From the NCBI GenBank assembly GCA_973895155.1, contig OZ316897.1, positions 15,809,375 to 15,873,374 of the forward strand: 64,000 nucleotides of DNA, in the 5' to 3' direction. The notes below the pieces were generated by a model. That model made no database searches. It worked only from the letters and a program-made list of their open reading frames with translations, and was not told where the DNA came from. Below are positions 1-14,310 of the stretch, in pieces. Every line of letters begins with the position of its first letter. The stretch's first letter is position 1. A program made the position numbers and the translations under genes. The DNA comes from Marsupella aquatica (taxonomy: Eukaryota; Plantae; Marchantiophyta).

Positions 1-1018
1 ATCGCAAAAGACCAGAGCCTTTAGTTCACTCATGCGCTTCTTTGCATACTCCATGCACATTAATTTCACCTTCTCACATTTCTTGAAGTCTTGGGTCATG
101 AAAGACTGCAATTCCTCGTTTCCATCTATATCTGAAAACCAGTTCCTGATCTTTCTCATGTTCTCATTGTGTGCCAAATGGGCACTGGGATATAGCTTGA
201 GCAGCTTCCGTCCTCCTGACTTATCTTTGAAGATATCCTTGTAGGATGGGAAGTCAGTTGTCTGTGATTAAAAATGAGCACAAGAAAGACAGTCAGCGGT
301 TTGGTTCAAAATTGCAAGAGACACTAAAAAATGCAACACATTCACTTGAGATAAATAGTTTACGTACATCATGGCCTGGTACAATGCATGAAACTTTCAC
401 TAGCTCAAGATATATAAGGCATGCGGGACTCCAATCTTCTCTGCTCTAATTGCACATGTATTTGGAAATATGGTGAATAACACTTCAAAGTAGAATCAAG
501 ACTAAATAGCGGGTGTTAATGAACTGAAACTTACAGCAGCAAGCTTGGGAGAACGCATGGGAGAAGGGACGTACCTTTTCAAGCGAAGTGTTTTTTGACG
601 TATCATCCATGGACGTAGATTGCGCCCTCTTGCCAATTTCATCTGATCTGGTCCTGACAAAAGGAGTTGTTTCTTGCCTGCACCCAGTTCTTGGTGTCGT
701 GGAGCCAGTTATTGTTGGTTGCTCCCGCACTGAAGACGCTGTGTTAACTACAGCTGCAGTTGTAGGGTAGTCCAAATCATCAAGCAATTTTTTACGGAAA
801 TTGCACTGCACTACCCACTTCTTTATTTTAATGCGATGCCCAGGGATCTGAATTCCAGATTCCTTCAAGAGGCTATCAATCTCCTCCTCCGAACACATGA
901 AGATGGAGCCATCTATGCCATTGTCAACAAAGGTCTTCACATATTTTTCGCACTTAAGGAATTTGGCAACTGCAAAGCCAACTTCTCTTTCAGACATGGA
1001 AGGTAGAGCAGTCGACAT
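1..1018 (-). CDS. Spliced SAM-domain protein gene (exons 1018-575, 445-368, 261-<1; runs off the window)
   Basis: N-terminus VAKFLKCEKYVKTFVDNGIDGSIFMC...LLKESGIQIPGHRIKIKK fits a SAM domain. GT-AG phase-0 introns (GAAAAG|GTACGT ... ATTAG|AGC and GAT|GTACGT ... TCACAG|ACA) join three exons into one open frame (…SLEK|SREDWSPACLIYLELVKVSCIVPGHD|TTDFPSYKDIFKDK…). Confidence 0.65.
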
Positions 1019-4000
1019 GTTCTCTGAAGTTTAGAGAACCAAAATTGCACACACTAAACAACAAAACTTAGTGGCAAGCACTCACTCAGTAGATACTCGC
1101 ATCTAGTTCACTCGCACTGGTGGAGTCACAAGCAAACTTAGTGGATCAGCGCTCATCCGATACTTAATCAAGATCACTCAAAGCACATACTACCTAGCAG
1201 GAACGTAAAGTCCTCCCTCCCTCGAAACTGTGAATATGGAATTACAATGCCACTAGCACTGAGATATGCTGATGACTCACGCTGACATAAATTGATCAAA
1301 TTATAGCTTGAATTACAGCTGCCCTCAAATTACAGGCTGCAGCTGTCGATCTTGGCATATCCATCGACCAGTACCTGCATGTAGGTAGGTGGTGGGAGTA
1401 CATGGGGATCAGAGACAAATTGTTCACAGAGAATTTAAATTCCAAATTTCAAACATTGAGAAGAGGCGGTAAGTTTGATTCTGAGGAAGACATGAGAGAG
1501 CGGCAACCATAGCCCCTAGTACAATTTAAAAATCTTGAAAGAAAGATTCTAAGAAGGCGTGAAAGGCGCGCCCGGCGTGCGCACCTTATCAGGATTTAAT
1601 TCTGAAGAAGGCATGAGAGAGCCGCGCCCATTCCTGCCCAATGTCTTGATTTGAAAATCTTGAATTTTTGATTCAATGCATTGGAAAGAGGTGTACATGT
1701 TTGATTCTCACCAAGTGTGACAACCATCTAAATATGGGCCTTCAAAGTCAAAATTGATTTTTCTTCAAGTTATCCAGGTGCAAGGTGTGTTTGATTCTCA
1801 AGTTGGCGCCATTGTTGATGTATGAACCTTAAAGAATCTGGATGACTTGCCTGAATGATGTGCATTCATAAAAGCGTCGCTATTCTCTGATAGTAAATAG
1901 TTAAGCAGGGCAGCCGACAATTTAGTTGAACAAGCCCATGTACAACACTATCATCTCTGTTTACCCGTAGTCCAACCTTGCATTCATAAAAGCCTAGGTA
2001 GTTTTCATAAAAGCCTAGGTAGTTGTTCTACGATAGTTAATAGCTGAGCGGGGCAGCCAGCAATTAAGCTAGTCCATGTACATCAGTATCATCTGTCCAT
2101 GTACATGTACATCAGTATTCACCGATCTCAACTCTGTGTACCCGTAGTCCCACCGAGTTCCTGCAATTTAGGGAACTTTTAGATAAACGTGCCCATGTTG
2201 CGAGGTCATTGCCTACCATGCAGCCCTGGCCATTTGTTTGACCACTGAGGAAGAACGTAACCAGCGAATTGCCCATGTATGTGCAGCCAAAATTGGCTTT
2301 CACGGTGGGACCCATGAACTCTATAATGGAGAATGGCCCTCACTCTCTGTCTGCTAATCTCAATCCTTTGGCCCTCGCTTTGGCCTTGACTCATCCAGCT
2401 GTCACACAGTTGTAGCCTCTGGCTTGTGGAAAGTTAAATATTAGGTCCTCATCAACAAATTTAAAGTGCAGATATAAGCTCAAGGAGACAAACAAAAAAT
2501 GGCCCTAAGTCTAAACTCCCCCCCCCCCCCCTCTTTGGAAAATTAAGTCTCCCATAGTTGTGTTGTTGATCTATTAAAATTTGTTCATATACGCTTAACT
2601 TGATCATTTGGAATTAAGTTATAAAGAACAGTATTGTAACAATATTAAGCAAGCCAATTAGGTAGATGAAGTTTTGCTGCCAATCCAAAGTATTTGTCTC
2701 CTATATATAAAGACTGAAAAGAAAAAAAAAATACTAGGTGAGGAAAGCACAAAATAGCCCCAGGCAGAACAAACCTCAGACTTGACATTCAATCTATTTT
2801 GTAAATAAGTTGCCTGGGGTCAAAGATATTTGAAGGAGATTGCAGCCTGTCAGATAGCTGGGACCAGCAGCCCGGAGAAATTAAATAAATAGGATTTGAG
2901 TTGTAAGAGGAGAGATTAAGCTTGGAGTGGGAAAGGGAAATTAAACCAAATTTGATAGAAGGATGGATGCCTGGGAAGAACTTAGGTAATTAAGGAAGTA
3001 ATTAAATTGAAACTTTGATAGAATAATATATTGGGTAAAGTTCAAGAGAAGGGATCTAGTTACAATAGGTGGAAAATGAATTTTAGTTTATCCTTTAGAA
3101 AGTCAGTGGGGAGGGTCTAAGAGGTTGTGTATTTACATAGTTTAAATATGCCGGTGATAGTACTTAGCATTATATTATTTTGCAGCCTTAGCATGTGCAT
3201 GCATGTTTCAATAATACACATGAATAAATAGTGGAGTGAATACAACGAAACAGTAGTTTTCCACTTACGGTCCTTTAAGCCAGATCAAAAGTATAGAAAG
3301 ACACTGTTTGGATGAAAAACGATTCATCGTAAGGCCAGATTGACTTGGAAATGGCTGGAAGGATCGACTTAGATTTGAAGACCTCCAGGTGTACCTGTCC
3401 AGTCCGACTCTGAGTCAGGAAGAGGAGTCTACTGTAGGTCTCTTGAGGTGGTCTCATTGTGTCAAATAAATATATATTGTCAACAGTACTGAACATTCCT
3501 GACATGTGTTGTGGACCAGGATCAGATACGTTCATGGGGATGATGATAGATATAAAAAAAGCTGACAATTTTAGTCTTTTAGAGGCTCCCATCGTATCAT
3601 GCAGTTAATATCTTCCATGAATGCAGTCCACACTTGACTGTATGCATATGTCATCCTCCTCTCAAGGCGTAGGCCTGCAGTAGCTAGATCCTACTAGTGG
3701 TTATAGTCTAGCCCCTTGCAGAGCTGCGGACAAAGGAGTTGTGTTTCTATGTGCTGCAGAAGCTCATTAAATTGCAGCGTTACTTCCATGAGCAGACAAA
3801 TTCATATGCTGTGAAAGTGGAAAGTAAATTAGTAAGGATACTCTGGTGCTTATTTTAAAGTGATTTTTTTTGCTAATTATGCCCTTTCATACATAACCCC
3901 GGCCCCTGGGCCCCCAGCTTAGGAAATAATGAAACATACAAGCCTTTAAACATCCTATGGGCATTCACAATGGTCCAAAGGCAGCTGAGGGATGGATGAG

Positions 4001-4118
4001 CCCTAGAGGAGCCCAATAGAGGGGTGGAAAGACGGGGCAGAAATGATCTTGTGAGAGACCTCCCTCTCTAGTCATTCTTCATTAATTATTATTTTAAGTC
4101 TAGACCGGGTGATGCACC

Positions 4119-4205
4119 ACCTGGGGCGATGAAATATTGAGCTCAATTATATGTCCTTGATTGTTCAATATCTCATCGCCCCAGGTCAATAACAATCAAG
4201 GACAT
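4119..4205. repeat. Two interleaved inverted repeats (A-B-A'-B')
   Basis: 4119-4140 pairs with 4165-4186 (21/22 bp). 4151-4165 pairs with 4191-4205 (15/15 bp). Confidence 0.85.
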
Positions 4206-4399
4206 TTCCAAATGTGAATTAAGTCAAATGTCAAATTACCAGCGGGAGTACCAGATAGGTTTCTATAGGGGATGAAAAGAAACTTTTAGAACTGGCAGGA
4301 AAGTTTTCAATCTTCCCCAAAAATATAACTGGGGGTGCTAGTGGGGTGTAGTTTGGTAACTGCTATATCTTGTTATTCATATAATAGTTGTTGGGGGCC

Positions 4400-6470
4400 A
4401 GATATCTAGCTACCCTTGTAACTTGCCAAGAAAAACCAAATGCTTAAGTTATGACCCTTTCATAGTAAAAATGATAACACTTCCAAATTGGCATGAACAA
4501 CCAAGTGCTTCCAAAACCCTTGACTTCCAACTTCCCCAAAATAGTAAAAAATGTGTCTACTAAACCCTTTTGTACATTATAACCCTCCAAACTTGCAAGA
4601 ATAATCCAATATATGCTTCTACAGCCCAGGTTTCATAATTATATAAACCCATTATATATAACCCTTCCAATTACTTCAAGGCACTTGTAAACTCGGGGTT
4701 TCACTTCCACAAAAATGGCATATCACGTGCGACAAAGGATAGGGTCATTTTATTGGTTCTAAGGGAAGACTTAAGAATTTTTGTAGAAGAACAATAGGGT
4801 CTTTTAAATTCAATTTTGAGACTTATAAGAACATTAGGGTCTTTTTAATCCAATTTTTAGAATATTCCAAGAATATTCCAACTTTATAGGGGTTAAAAAA
4901 TTAAAAAAAATTCTTACATTTTAGGGGGTCCGAGGCCTAAAAACGTCGCAGGCGATGGGGAGGTCCCCATATAGTGAGACCCCCGAGCTTGTAAACAACC
5001 AAATTCTCTATACCCTAAAGTTCTCGATCATATAAGACTTCCAATTAACCGGCACAAACAACCACTTGCTTCTAACAACCTTCCAGTTTGGCATGACCAA
5101 CCACATACTTCCAATTCAAAACCCTTTCAACTTGGCAGGGCCAATCAAATACTTAATTTGTAACACTTCCAAGTTGGCATGAACAACCAAAAGCTTTGAA
5201 AACCTTTGAAGTTGGCATTAAGAACCTAAAAAAATGCTTCTTTAACCCTCTCATACACAACTCTTACAGCTTGGCAGGAGTAGCCAAATTAATGCTTCTT
5301 TAACCCTAGCTTCCAACTTGGCATGAACCCAGGCATCCCGCCAGGCATGAATATAAGTTCAAATATTTCAATCATCTATAAGACTTCAAACTTGGTAACA
5401 TATGCTAAGTTATAAACCTTTCAAGTTTACATTAAAAACCAAATGTTTCTGTATCTCTTCCAAGCTAGCATTAACAACCAAGTGCTTCTAGCTAGGGGTA
5501 GCTCTTTCAAGCGGGATTCCAGGTTGGCATCCAAAACCAGATTTTTCTACAACCCTTTCAAAACTATATAACCAAGGTTTATATATATACTTGGCACCAA
5601 CAGCCAAATGCCTCACAAACCCTTCTGTCATGCAACTTACCAGGAATAACCAAGTTAATTCTTCTCTAGCTAGCTAGCCCTTCTAACTTGTCATGCATAG
5701 CCAAACACTTTCATATTTATAACACGTACTTCCAACTCGCCAGGAGTACTAACCAAATGCTGGGCCATTCAAATGCTTCTTCTAACAGCTCTTCCATGTT
5801 GGCATGAACCCCAAAAGAACTTTCAAAACCTTCCAAGTTGACTAACATCCAAATGCTTCTACATGTCTTGCAAGTTGGCATTACCAACAAGTGCTTCTAG
5901 AGCTCCTCCAAACAGGCTTCCAAATTGGCAAACCAATAACCAAAGTCTTAAACATAACCCTTTTAACCTGGCTCCAACAACTAAATGCCTCTCAAACCCT
6001 TCAAGTTTGCCAAAACATATTAGCCAAATGCTTTTACAACCGATCAAACTTGAATGCCAAGAATGACCAAATGCTTATGTAAGCCTAATTATTAATAAGC
6101 CTATTAACTTGGCACAAGCAACCAAATACTTTCAAACTAGTAAGCCTTCCAACTTGCCAAGAACAACCAAATGCTTCAATAACCCTTGCCTAGCTTCAAG
6201 CTTGGCATGAACAACATACCAGATACTTTCATATAGCACAAACCACCTTGTGGCATTTGGTACCAAGTAGTGCACTTGCCTCTCAAACCTCCTTCAAACT
6301 ATCTTTTTATTTGTGCCAAATTATTGTATATCAATCATGTGCTTTCAAAACCCTTACAACTTGGAATCTCTTGTTAGCAATTAATTTATTTGTGGCATTT
6401 GGTATCAAGTAGTCCAATTTCAAGTGACTCAAACTTCCTTTCAACCCTTATACTTCCAAGTTTGTCCAGG
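4400..6470. repeat. Degenerate short-period tandem array (AACCAAATGCTTC...AACCTTCCAACTTGGCA-like units)
   Basis: The motifs aaccaaatgctt and ttccaa(g/c)ttggca recur many times at roughly 35-45 bp spacing, with strong C/A strand skew. A G/T-skewed block follows at about 6480-7400. Confidence 0.7.
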
Positions 6471-9400
6471 ATAAATATAATTAGTTTTGCTAGGGTCTTA
6501 CAGCAGGGGGTCTTATAGTTGAGGGAGTGATGGGTGAGTTGCAGTGGGGTTCATATATTATCTAAGTCTGAGGCAGCTAGGATTAAGTTTTGGGTTGGTT
6601 AGTATGATTGAGGACTTTGGATCATTGGCAGGTTTGGTAAATAAATTGGGGTTGTGGTTGTTTGTGCAGGTTTGGGTTGAAGGCCAGGGCTTGTAGACGG
6701 GCAGAGTGTGACTTTAGGGCTTTGTGTGTTTAGTTATTAGTAGGATTGGGTCTCAAAACTACAATTTGAAGCCGTTTCACCACCTACTGAGCATCATAAA
6801 ATGTTTGTTTTTGTGGGTTGTGCGTCACGGGATTCTACATCGTGGTGTAGGAGCTAAAAGGGGGTCCATTAAATTTGCTACATGCAAGGCGTCATTCTAC
6901 TTTCAGTTGTCTGAGTCAAGGTTTTAGTTTTAGGATTCTGGTTGCGGGTCTTGTTGTGTTAGTGTTTTCAGATCCCGGGTATGCACCTCACCTTTAAGGG
7001 AATTATTAAATTGCCTAATGAGAAGGGAATTACTGTACAAGGGGGTTCCAATTATTACATTGCCTAATGGAAAGGGAAGTTGAGACTTTGGGTTAGAGAG
7101 GGGGTTTAGAGTTAGTATGTTTTGAGGTGGAATATGTGTTTGAGGTTCTGGGTTGGATGGGGTACCATTGTGAATGGATAGTTTGGGGGTTAATTATATG
7201 GGTTGGATAGGGTTCCAGGTACTTGAAGGCTTGGGTTGTGGGTTGGATGGGTTAATTTTCAAGTGGAAGGCTTGAGGGTTGTATACTCAATAGCTAGGTT
7301 TGTGTGTGTAAGCTTTAATTGGGAGAGGCGGTTTGGCAGTTTTGGGTTTGATAAATTATTGGGTTAGATTCATTTGTGAGTGGTGGGTTATGTAGAGAGT
7401 TTAGTCTTTGATATCAAAACTACAGACGTCCACATTCGATGGAGAAATCATGTGGTTAAATTTCAGAAAGTAGGATGTTTGGATCTCAATTGTAATTATT
7501 TTGTGATAGACCTCCGGGTAGACCAACTATTAGCCTAAGTAAGTCATAATTTGAACCTCCGAGTTGATTCTGAAGTGTAATAAATTCCAAATTCAGATTT
7601 TGTAGCTATACTTAACTAGTACCATGGCCTCACTGCATATAATTTGTACTCACCAAGGTTTTACTTACAAAGCATGCCTGGGTACTCAGGCGAGTAGACT
7701 CAACCAATCAAGCAGATTGGTCATAAGTTCCAGTTAAGTTCAGAGTCAACTTACTTCTAGATGACAGGGCAAACATTTGTATTAATAGCAAGCCCTGGGC
7801 AATTATTCACTCAAGTTTTTCAAGCTTGCAAATTAAGCATGGGTATTCAAGCCAGTAGGTAGACTCAAACAATGAGGCATATATAACCCCTACCAGTTCC
7901 TACTCCAAAGTTAAAACATTGGTTTAAATTTCTTTTTGGCTAAGCCAAAACAAGGTTGAAAATACTCGGATAGCTGTCAGTAATGCGAGGTAAAGCACAA
8001 ACTGGCCCCTAGATGTGAACCAAGAGTCTGAAGCTGACATGACTAAAAGACAAAACTGCCAAACATGTTCCATGATATATGAATATTCTATTTTGATCAT
8101 GCACGTTGAGGCTCAATTCTGCCAAGTTCCTCCAAATCTGGGAGACTATAACTGGGAATATTATCCATAGGATTAGTTATAATTGGCTTACTTACTTGTC
8201 AACTAATTGTAAAAATAAACCCAAAAGGCACCCTTACATTAAATGGTTCTCACGTCTTACGCAAGGAGTGACCGGCTACTTTCTCATGCATGTACACATG
8301 TGGTTAGGTAGCCAATTTATAGAAATATAGTGGGATCAACTCTACATACTAAATTCATTTACTAAATTTTGTGCTAGATTTAATGAAATTAATGACCAGC
8401 CATTATAGTATGGCCCAAATTTAGCCAGATTTTGGTATCATATATTCTATAGTAGTCGGAGTCTAATTTAAGTCCCAGACAGATTGATTTTATGGGAACA
8501 CTTGTTCTTTTGCTGCTTTGCTCACGGCAGCAGCAACTTTCAGCCTTTGGGATCATGAATGTATCCTTGTTCTGGCGTTGCTGTCGTTTTGGCAGTGCTT
8601 TCTAATTTCAGCTTGATCAGATAAAAATTTGGAAGGTATAAAAGCCTAATTATGTTCATTGGTCTGCCTGCTTTAGCGTCTTTCCTTCTACAACGAAGAC
8701 AATACTCCAGCTTTTAAACTTAAAGGTATTGTCTCACTTTGTTACTGTACACAAATCATTCCTCCAGTAAATCTGTGTCAACCTACTCTAGCTGAAGACA
8801 CGTAAGTCTATCTATATGCCCTCAAAAGCAGTGTCCAAGTGTTGCTTTCTCTACAGAAGAATGTCGATCTAGTTAATTAGTGGGTACGTAGCTAGCTGGG
8901 CTGTAGAGGTCCTAGCTTACTATAGCTACTGCAAGTTGGCCAGGTGTGCAGCCTCATGATCAATCCAGATGGGGATCCAGCCCATTGGCGAGTTTGAGGG
9001 ATAATATGTGAAGATATCAGACTCCTTTAATTTCTATATTATCCCGGAAGTCCTAACGCAGATCAATTCTTCATTGTGGACTCACATGATCGATAAGTGT
9101 GGTGACTCTTGATGATAGAAGATTTGGACATCCATAACATTTTCAGATTATCATGTTGGAGAGTAAGCCAGGTATGATTACAATGACCAAATTATCCCAG
9201 ACACTCATTCTCTTAAAGCCTAACTCAATCAGATCGACCAACTCAGGACCATATATACTAATACTGAATATTTCCTGGGAAATCTAATACTCAATCCTTA
9301 ATCTTGAAAAATTTCTTAAAAAAAGTTCAGCTTAAGAAAGTAACATCTGAATTAGTTTGGTAGATTCGCCTTTCAGTTGAATTGTATCTTCAAGCACAAA

Positions 9401-10444
9401 AACTTGTTCTAATTAACTCAATTAATTGTACAACTGCTAGCTATTGCGCTGAGTCTCCATTCTAACTTTTCCTGTCCATAATGTCTATAAATTAACCTGT
9501 TTTGCAAATAAAAAAAATTTAAAAAAAAAGACTTTGTCGTATATAGCTTGTGTAAGTCATCACCCCCTAAAATTAGTTTGGGTGTATTGATAATTCTATA
9601 TTTGAACTGATTGACATGAACCTTTTCAGTTACTTTAGTTTAATACTACGTGCTAACCTTGTTTATAGCTTGACTAATCGAACATGACCCATCTGGAATA
9701 AGTTTTTCTTGAAGATCTAAATGATTGCTCTTAAGTAAATTGTCTCATATTTATCTTTTGGCTCCCATGGATTTAGGATGGGACGTACAAGGTTTGTTTT
9801 GGTCTTTACTTGAAATCTTATTCATAATGAAATAAATAAAAATCACTCAATTTAGAAAAGAAAAGTGCAACTTGTAACGGCCCACAACTAGTAGGTCAAT
9901 ACACAAAATGGAAGGGAGCCATAGGTGACAAAAGACCATCGTAGGGAATAATAGGAGTTATGGTGCTAATATACATTCTCACCTACCTGCAGGCACGCGC
10001 CAGCACGCTCCAGCAGTACCAGCCAACAAGACTACGTTCCGCCATCCATTGGCCACCCAGAGTAACTTGCACGTAGTAGACTGCTTTAATGTATGAATAA
10101 AAGACATCACGCAGCCACTCCTGTCCAGGTTGATGTCAGAATTTGATTCTTTCCTACTTCCCTCGCATCATTTATGTGCAGTTATTTATCAGTTGATGAT
10201 TTGGATTTTCTGGCAGTTTATTGAGCTACTCAATTGCATTTTTCATTATGATATGTATTCTAAGGGCATCAATTATGCCTGGGAGCGCTAAGGTACGTGC
10301 ATTATGTGCTAAACAATAAGGAATGACCATCGTAGCTTCAGTTGGTATTCTCATGATTTACTAGCCTTGCAATACTAGTGCCAGAATGATGTTCAGTTTG
10401 TGCAAAGCCTATACATTCCTGTTTATTGTAGCTTGTAAGTACGT

Positions 10445-10660
10445 ACTGTATATGGTCCTGTTTGTTGCACACTGCTTTTGCTCGTAAATTGTGTCATTGT
10501 ATGGTCAGAATTGTGTCAAAACTGTGTCCTTGTAAGTGGTCAGAATTGTATTGTATATGGTCCTGTTTGTTGCACACTGCTTTTGCTCGTTAAATGTGTC
10601 ATTGTATGGTCAGAATTGTGTCAAAAACTGTGTCATTACAAGTGGTCAGAATTGTGTCGT
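10445..10660. repeat. Local tandem duplication (about 105 bp)
   Basis: tgtatatggtcctgtttgttgcacactgcttttgctcg...tggtcagaattgtgtcaaaa occurs twice. Confidence 0.8.
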
Positions 10661-11199
10661 AAAATATACTTATGTTGGTCATCGTATACTATCGTGCAGA
10701 AAGGCTAGTGATCTATTGTTGCCACTCTCAGCCTAGCTATCCTTTGTAAGCATATTGAATTTTTCTGGAAATCATGTTCATTTTTTTGCTAAGTCTCGTC
10801 AATATATGTTTGCATGTTGAATCTCCTTTGTGCTCTCGTGAGTAGATTCTAGTAAATTAATGTCAACATGCTCTTGTGCTAAGTAACTTGATATTTATGG
10901 GTGCTTGTGTGCAGAAACTTACCATGAAGACCATACTAGCTAATTAGCTTGCTGCAGGAATATTGAGCTACACGAACATACTGCCGATGATAAGGTGGAG
11001 GAAGGTGAGGATGATATCAAGGCACAAGCTTGCAGTCTTGGTAAGCCACAGAAATCATTCCTCAGTGTTTTACAAATAGTCCTCCTGAACTTGAATTGGT
11101 TGGATCCACCTGCTGCTCCTATTGTTTTCGGCCACCTCCTCTTGCTCCTTGGTTGGCTCCATCTTTCCCTCCTCTTCCTTCTCTGTAATAACATTCACC

Positions 11200-11570
11200 T
11201 CCTCTTTGGTTGGATCTAAGTCCTTGTTCCTTGCTGAGAGTTCGTCCGCAGATTTAGTGACCATTCCTTAATTCTATCTCAAAATGGGTCCACATCTTTG
11301 CATCTCCCTGAAAGTCGCCAATGATCCGCCTCTTTGGTTGGATCCAAGTCCTTGTTCCTTGCGCTGAGAGTTTGTCCGCAGATTTAGTGACCATTCCTTA
11401 ATTCTATCTCAAAATGGGTCCACAGCTTGGCATCTCCCTAAAAGTCGCCAATGATCCTCCTCTTTGGTTGGATCCAAGTCCTTGTTCCTTGCTGAGAGTT
11501 AGTCCACAGATTTAGTGTCCATTCCTTAATTCTATCTCAAAATGAGTCCACAGCTTCGCATCTCCCTGAA
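11200..11570. repeat. Tandem repeat, three copies of about 128 bp
   Basis: cctctttggttggatc...aagtccttgttccttgc...gatttagtgaccattccttaattctatctcaaaatg starts at about 11203, 11330 and 11459. Confidence 0.85.
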
Positions 11571-12400
11571 TTAAAATTGCCAATGATACATGACGAGTTA
11601 AGGCGCTCAGGGCGAAGCCTGTAGTTTCCCAGCGCTTGGTTATCAGCAAATTTGTACGATATGTCCAACCTCCATGACATAAGTTAGTACCTGTCCAACT
11701 TTTTGCTCGCAAGGACTGCAGCCCACAAAATGGGTCATGAGTGGCCTCCTCATCTGCGCGCATTCTATATTCATCGCTGAATAGCCTGCTCCAGTAGTGC
11801 CATTCCCCACTCAGCACAATATCAGTCTCGAAGTACACTTTAGATGCCCACCTCTCTGTTAAGAGCAAATAGACCAAGCTAGACTGGTGGTCTGTGAGCT
11901 CCATTGATGGCCTATCAAGAAAAGTGCGCAAAAAGTCTCTTGTGAGATTTGCTGACGCAGCCCATCTGTCCGAAAGGGCTAATGACCACTGACAATTTTG
12001 TATGAACATGTCTCCGGTGCTGATCCCATTGTATTTCTTTAGGTCAAACACTTCATGCTCGTTCACCCGGCCCATAGCACAAGGTTGTAGCCACTGATCG
12101 ACATTGTACATGCGGACCAGAGCAAATATATAATTACGATTGCCCGCACATCGAACTTCGTGAATGGGTCTACACACTGTGCTGAAAATGAAGACCTTGT
12201 CCATCATTTTTGTTTATTTTGTTGTGCTCACACATCCGCCATCCTGGAGCTGGATAAGGCAATTTTAAATGACGCACTAGAGAGTCAATGTCGAGATATA
12301 GCAGTGTTAAAAACATAATTTTACCTTTCAACTGGGATTTTAAAATCCATACTTGTGAACACAGCATCGCTATCGGTCCACAAAATCCACTCCACATCTG
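11512..12400 (-). pseudogene. GT34 family glycosyltransferase (xyloglucan xylosyltransferase/GMA12-MNN10-like) pseudogene
   Basis: GISTGDMFIQNCQWSLALSDRWA...DHQSSLVYLLLTERWASKVYFE matches the plant GT34 pattern GLNTGSFLIRNCQWSLDLLDAWA...DDQSALIYLL...W..KVY.E. The DxD-like segment (LYLDIDSLV) is in a different frame (ORF 12170-12397), implying a frameshift. Confidence 0.7.
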
Positions 12401-12524
12401 GGCTGTTTATATATCATCATCACTAAATTAAGAATTGGAAGCTTCGCAAACCAATCTTAGTTCTGATATGTTCATAAAACACGAACGGCCGTCATTGCGT
12501 GAAATGCTAGCTGTGAACTGTCTG

Positions 12525-12800
12525 ATCTGCGTTGCTCTTGTCAGCATTACTCTGATGTAATTGGATTGCTCTGTGCTAATGAATCCACTCTGGTCTGCAT
12601 GCTCTATGCTAATGAATCCGCTCTGGTCTACATTGCTCTTGTCAGCATTACTCTGACGTAATTGGATTGCTCTGTGCTCTGTGCTAGTGAATCCGCTCTG
12701 ATCTGTGTTGCTCTCCTCAGCATTACTTTGACACGTAATTGGATTGCTCTGTGCTAGTGAATCAGCTTTGTGCTCATGGCCAGATATATTGCTTTGTGCT
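12525..12800. repeat. Short degenerate tandem repeats (ttgctctgtgctaatgaatccgctctg / cagcattactctgacgtaattggattg)
   Basis: Direct inspection of repeated units. Confidence 0.75.
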
Positions 12801-13834
12801 AATGATATATCATGCTGAAAATGTCAATTTATATATGGTTACCACTCTTGCTTTAGTCTATGGTTGATCATAAACATATTGAATGTTCCGAAATCTTCTT
12901 TTTCAGAAATTTATTGATCAATATACGTGTTCAATGTCAATATATCTTGTTTGACTCTGCTCTACTGGATGTCTTGGTCTGGTAACATTCCAAATCAGAG
13001 TCTCATCTGCGAATCGTCAATCATAATTCTTAACGGACAATTATAAAATGAATAGGTTGAGCTAGGAAACACGAAAAAAGCAAAATAAATGGAGATGGGT
13101 TGATCAGCTGACAAGTTATCTCTGCAGTGTGCAATCGATTAATTTTGACATGTTCATGCATGTCAGACATGGGCTTATGTGTAAAATGCTGGCTAAGTTT
13201 GGCCTTTACTTACGATGTCATGCGGGGTGCTTGCTTTGACGGACTGGACTCCGAATGCAGTTGAGCGAGCTTGATATAGCTCCATCAATGGAGCCTCTAT
13301 GATGGAGTCCAAATTCAAGGTAAACCACACCATTGAGCTGAGAACACCTAATTGATCACTCCTTAGATCGAAGGTCCCACAAAAGGCTAGCTAGTACCAT
13401 AGTCAGCTGGACTTGCGAATTGCATGCCTAGCTAATGAACATGAAAATGACAAACAAGGCTTCTCTATTGTCTGCGGGAATCTAAGGACATTATATCCAG
13501 CTAATGATCAGAAGAGATTTTTGGAGAGAACCAGACAAGAGGAGCTTTGTGATTGTAAACCGAGGTTGGACGAGCCGTGAAAGTGCAGCAATTCAAATTA
13601 AGTACGGACTTTTTGTTTGCAGTGGACAACTGCTTGTTTGAATTGAGTTTTAGCTCGTACGTAGCTAGTGTCAGATTAGACAGTTTCAACTTAGTGAAGT
13701 AGTCCACGCTACCGGGTAGCCATGTGTGTAATGACACCTAATTAAGTGCACTCATATATAGTGTTAGTGATACATAGTAAGAGACCGGGTAAGTTAGAGG
13801 CCTGCAAGGGAACTGTCAAATTGATAATTATGAG

Positions 13835-14310
13835 ATCCTCTTTGGTAGATGAGAGAAATGATGCATGTATTTTGTTGCCAAGAACTAATACAAGACTAAA
13901 TATTAATTTCCTTCCCCCAAGGGCACATTCCTCTTCTTTGCTGAGAATAAACGGTAAGCCTAGTGTGGTACTTTGAGATCGCAATAAGGACACCTGGAAT
14001 TTGGCTAATAAATCTAGCTCGCAAGTTCAGAAAATGGTATTTACATGCATTACTTAGAACAAAACTGACAGAAGGTAGGAGATCAAGGTGTTAAATTTCA
14101 CGAAGAGACAGCCCAGGTAAGCAACTCTTGTATAAAAGGCAGAGTTGAGGGCAGCGTCCATATTATTACATGGACTAGAAAGTTGGCTATAAAAAAATTA
14201 AAAATTAAAAAAAACCTGAGTCTTCCACTTTTAAAACTTTAAAATCACTAAAAATGTTTTGGTTTTCTTCTTTTTCATCATAGAATTAAAATATTCTTAA
14301 ACATGTTGTA
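13835..14310 (+). repeat. Dispersed repeat, copy 1 (copy 2 at about 51233-51786)
   Basis: gagatcctctttggt.gatgagagaaat.atgcatgt...ttttcttcttttttcatcata.aattaaaatatt..aacatgttgtaa is shared with 51233-51786. Confidence 0.85.

Noticed and set aside
8500-10990. Possible multi-exon plus-strand gene
   Set aside because: Some splice-like sites are present, but I could not assemble a coherent reading frame or domain.
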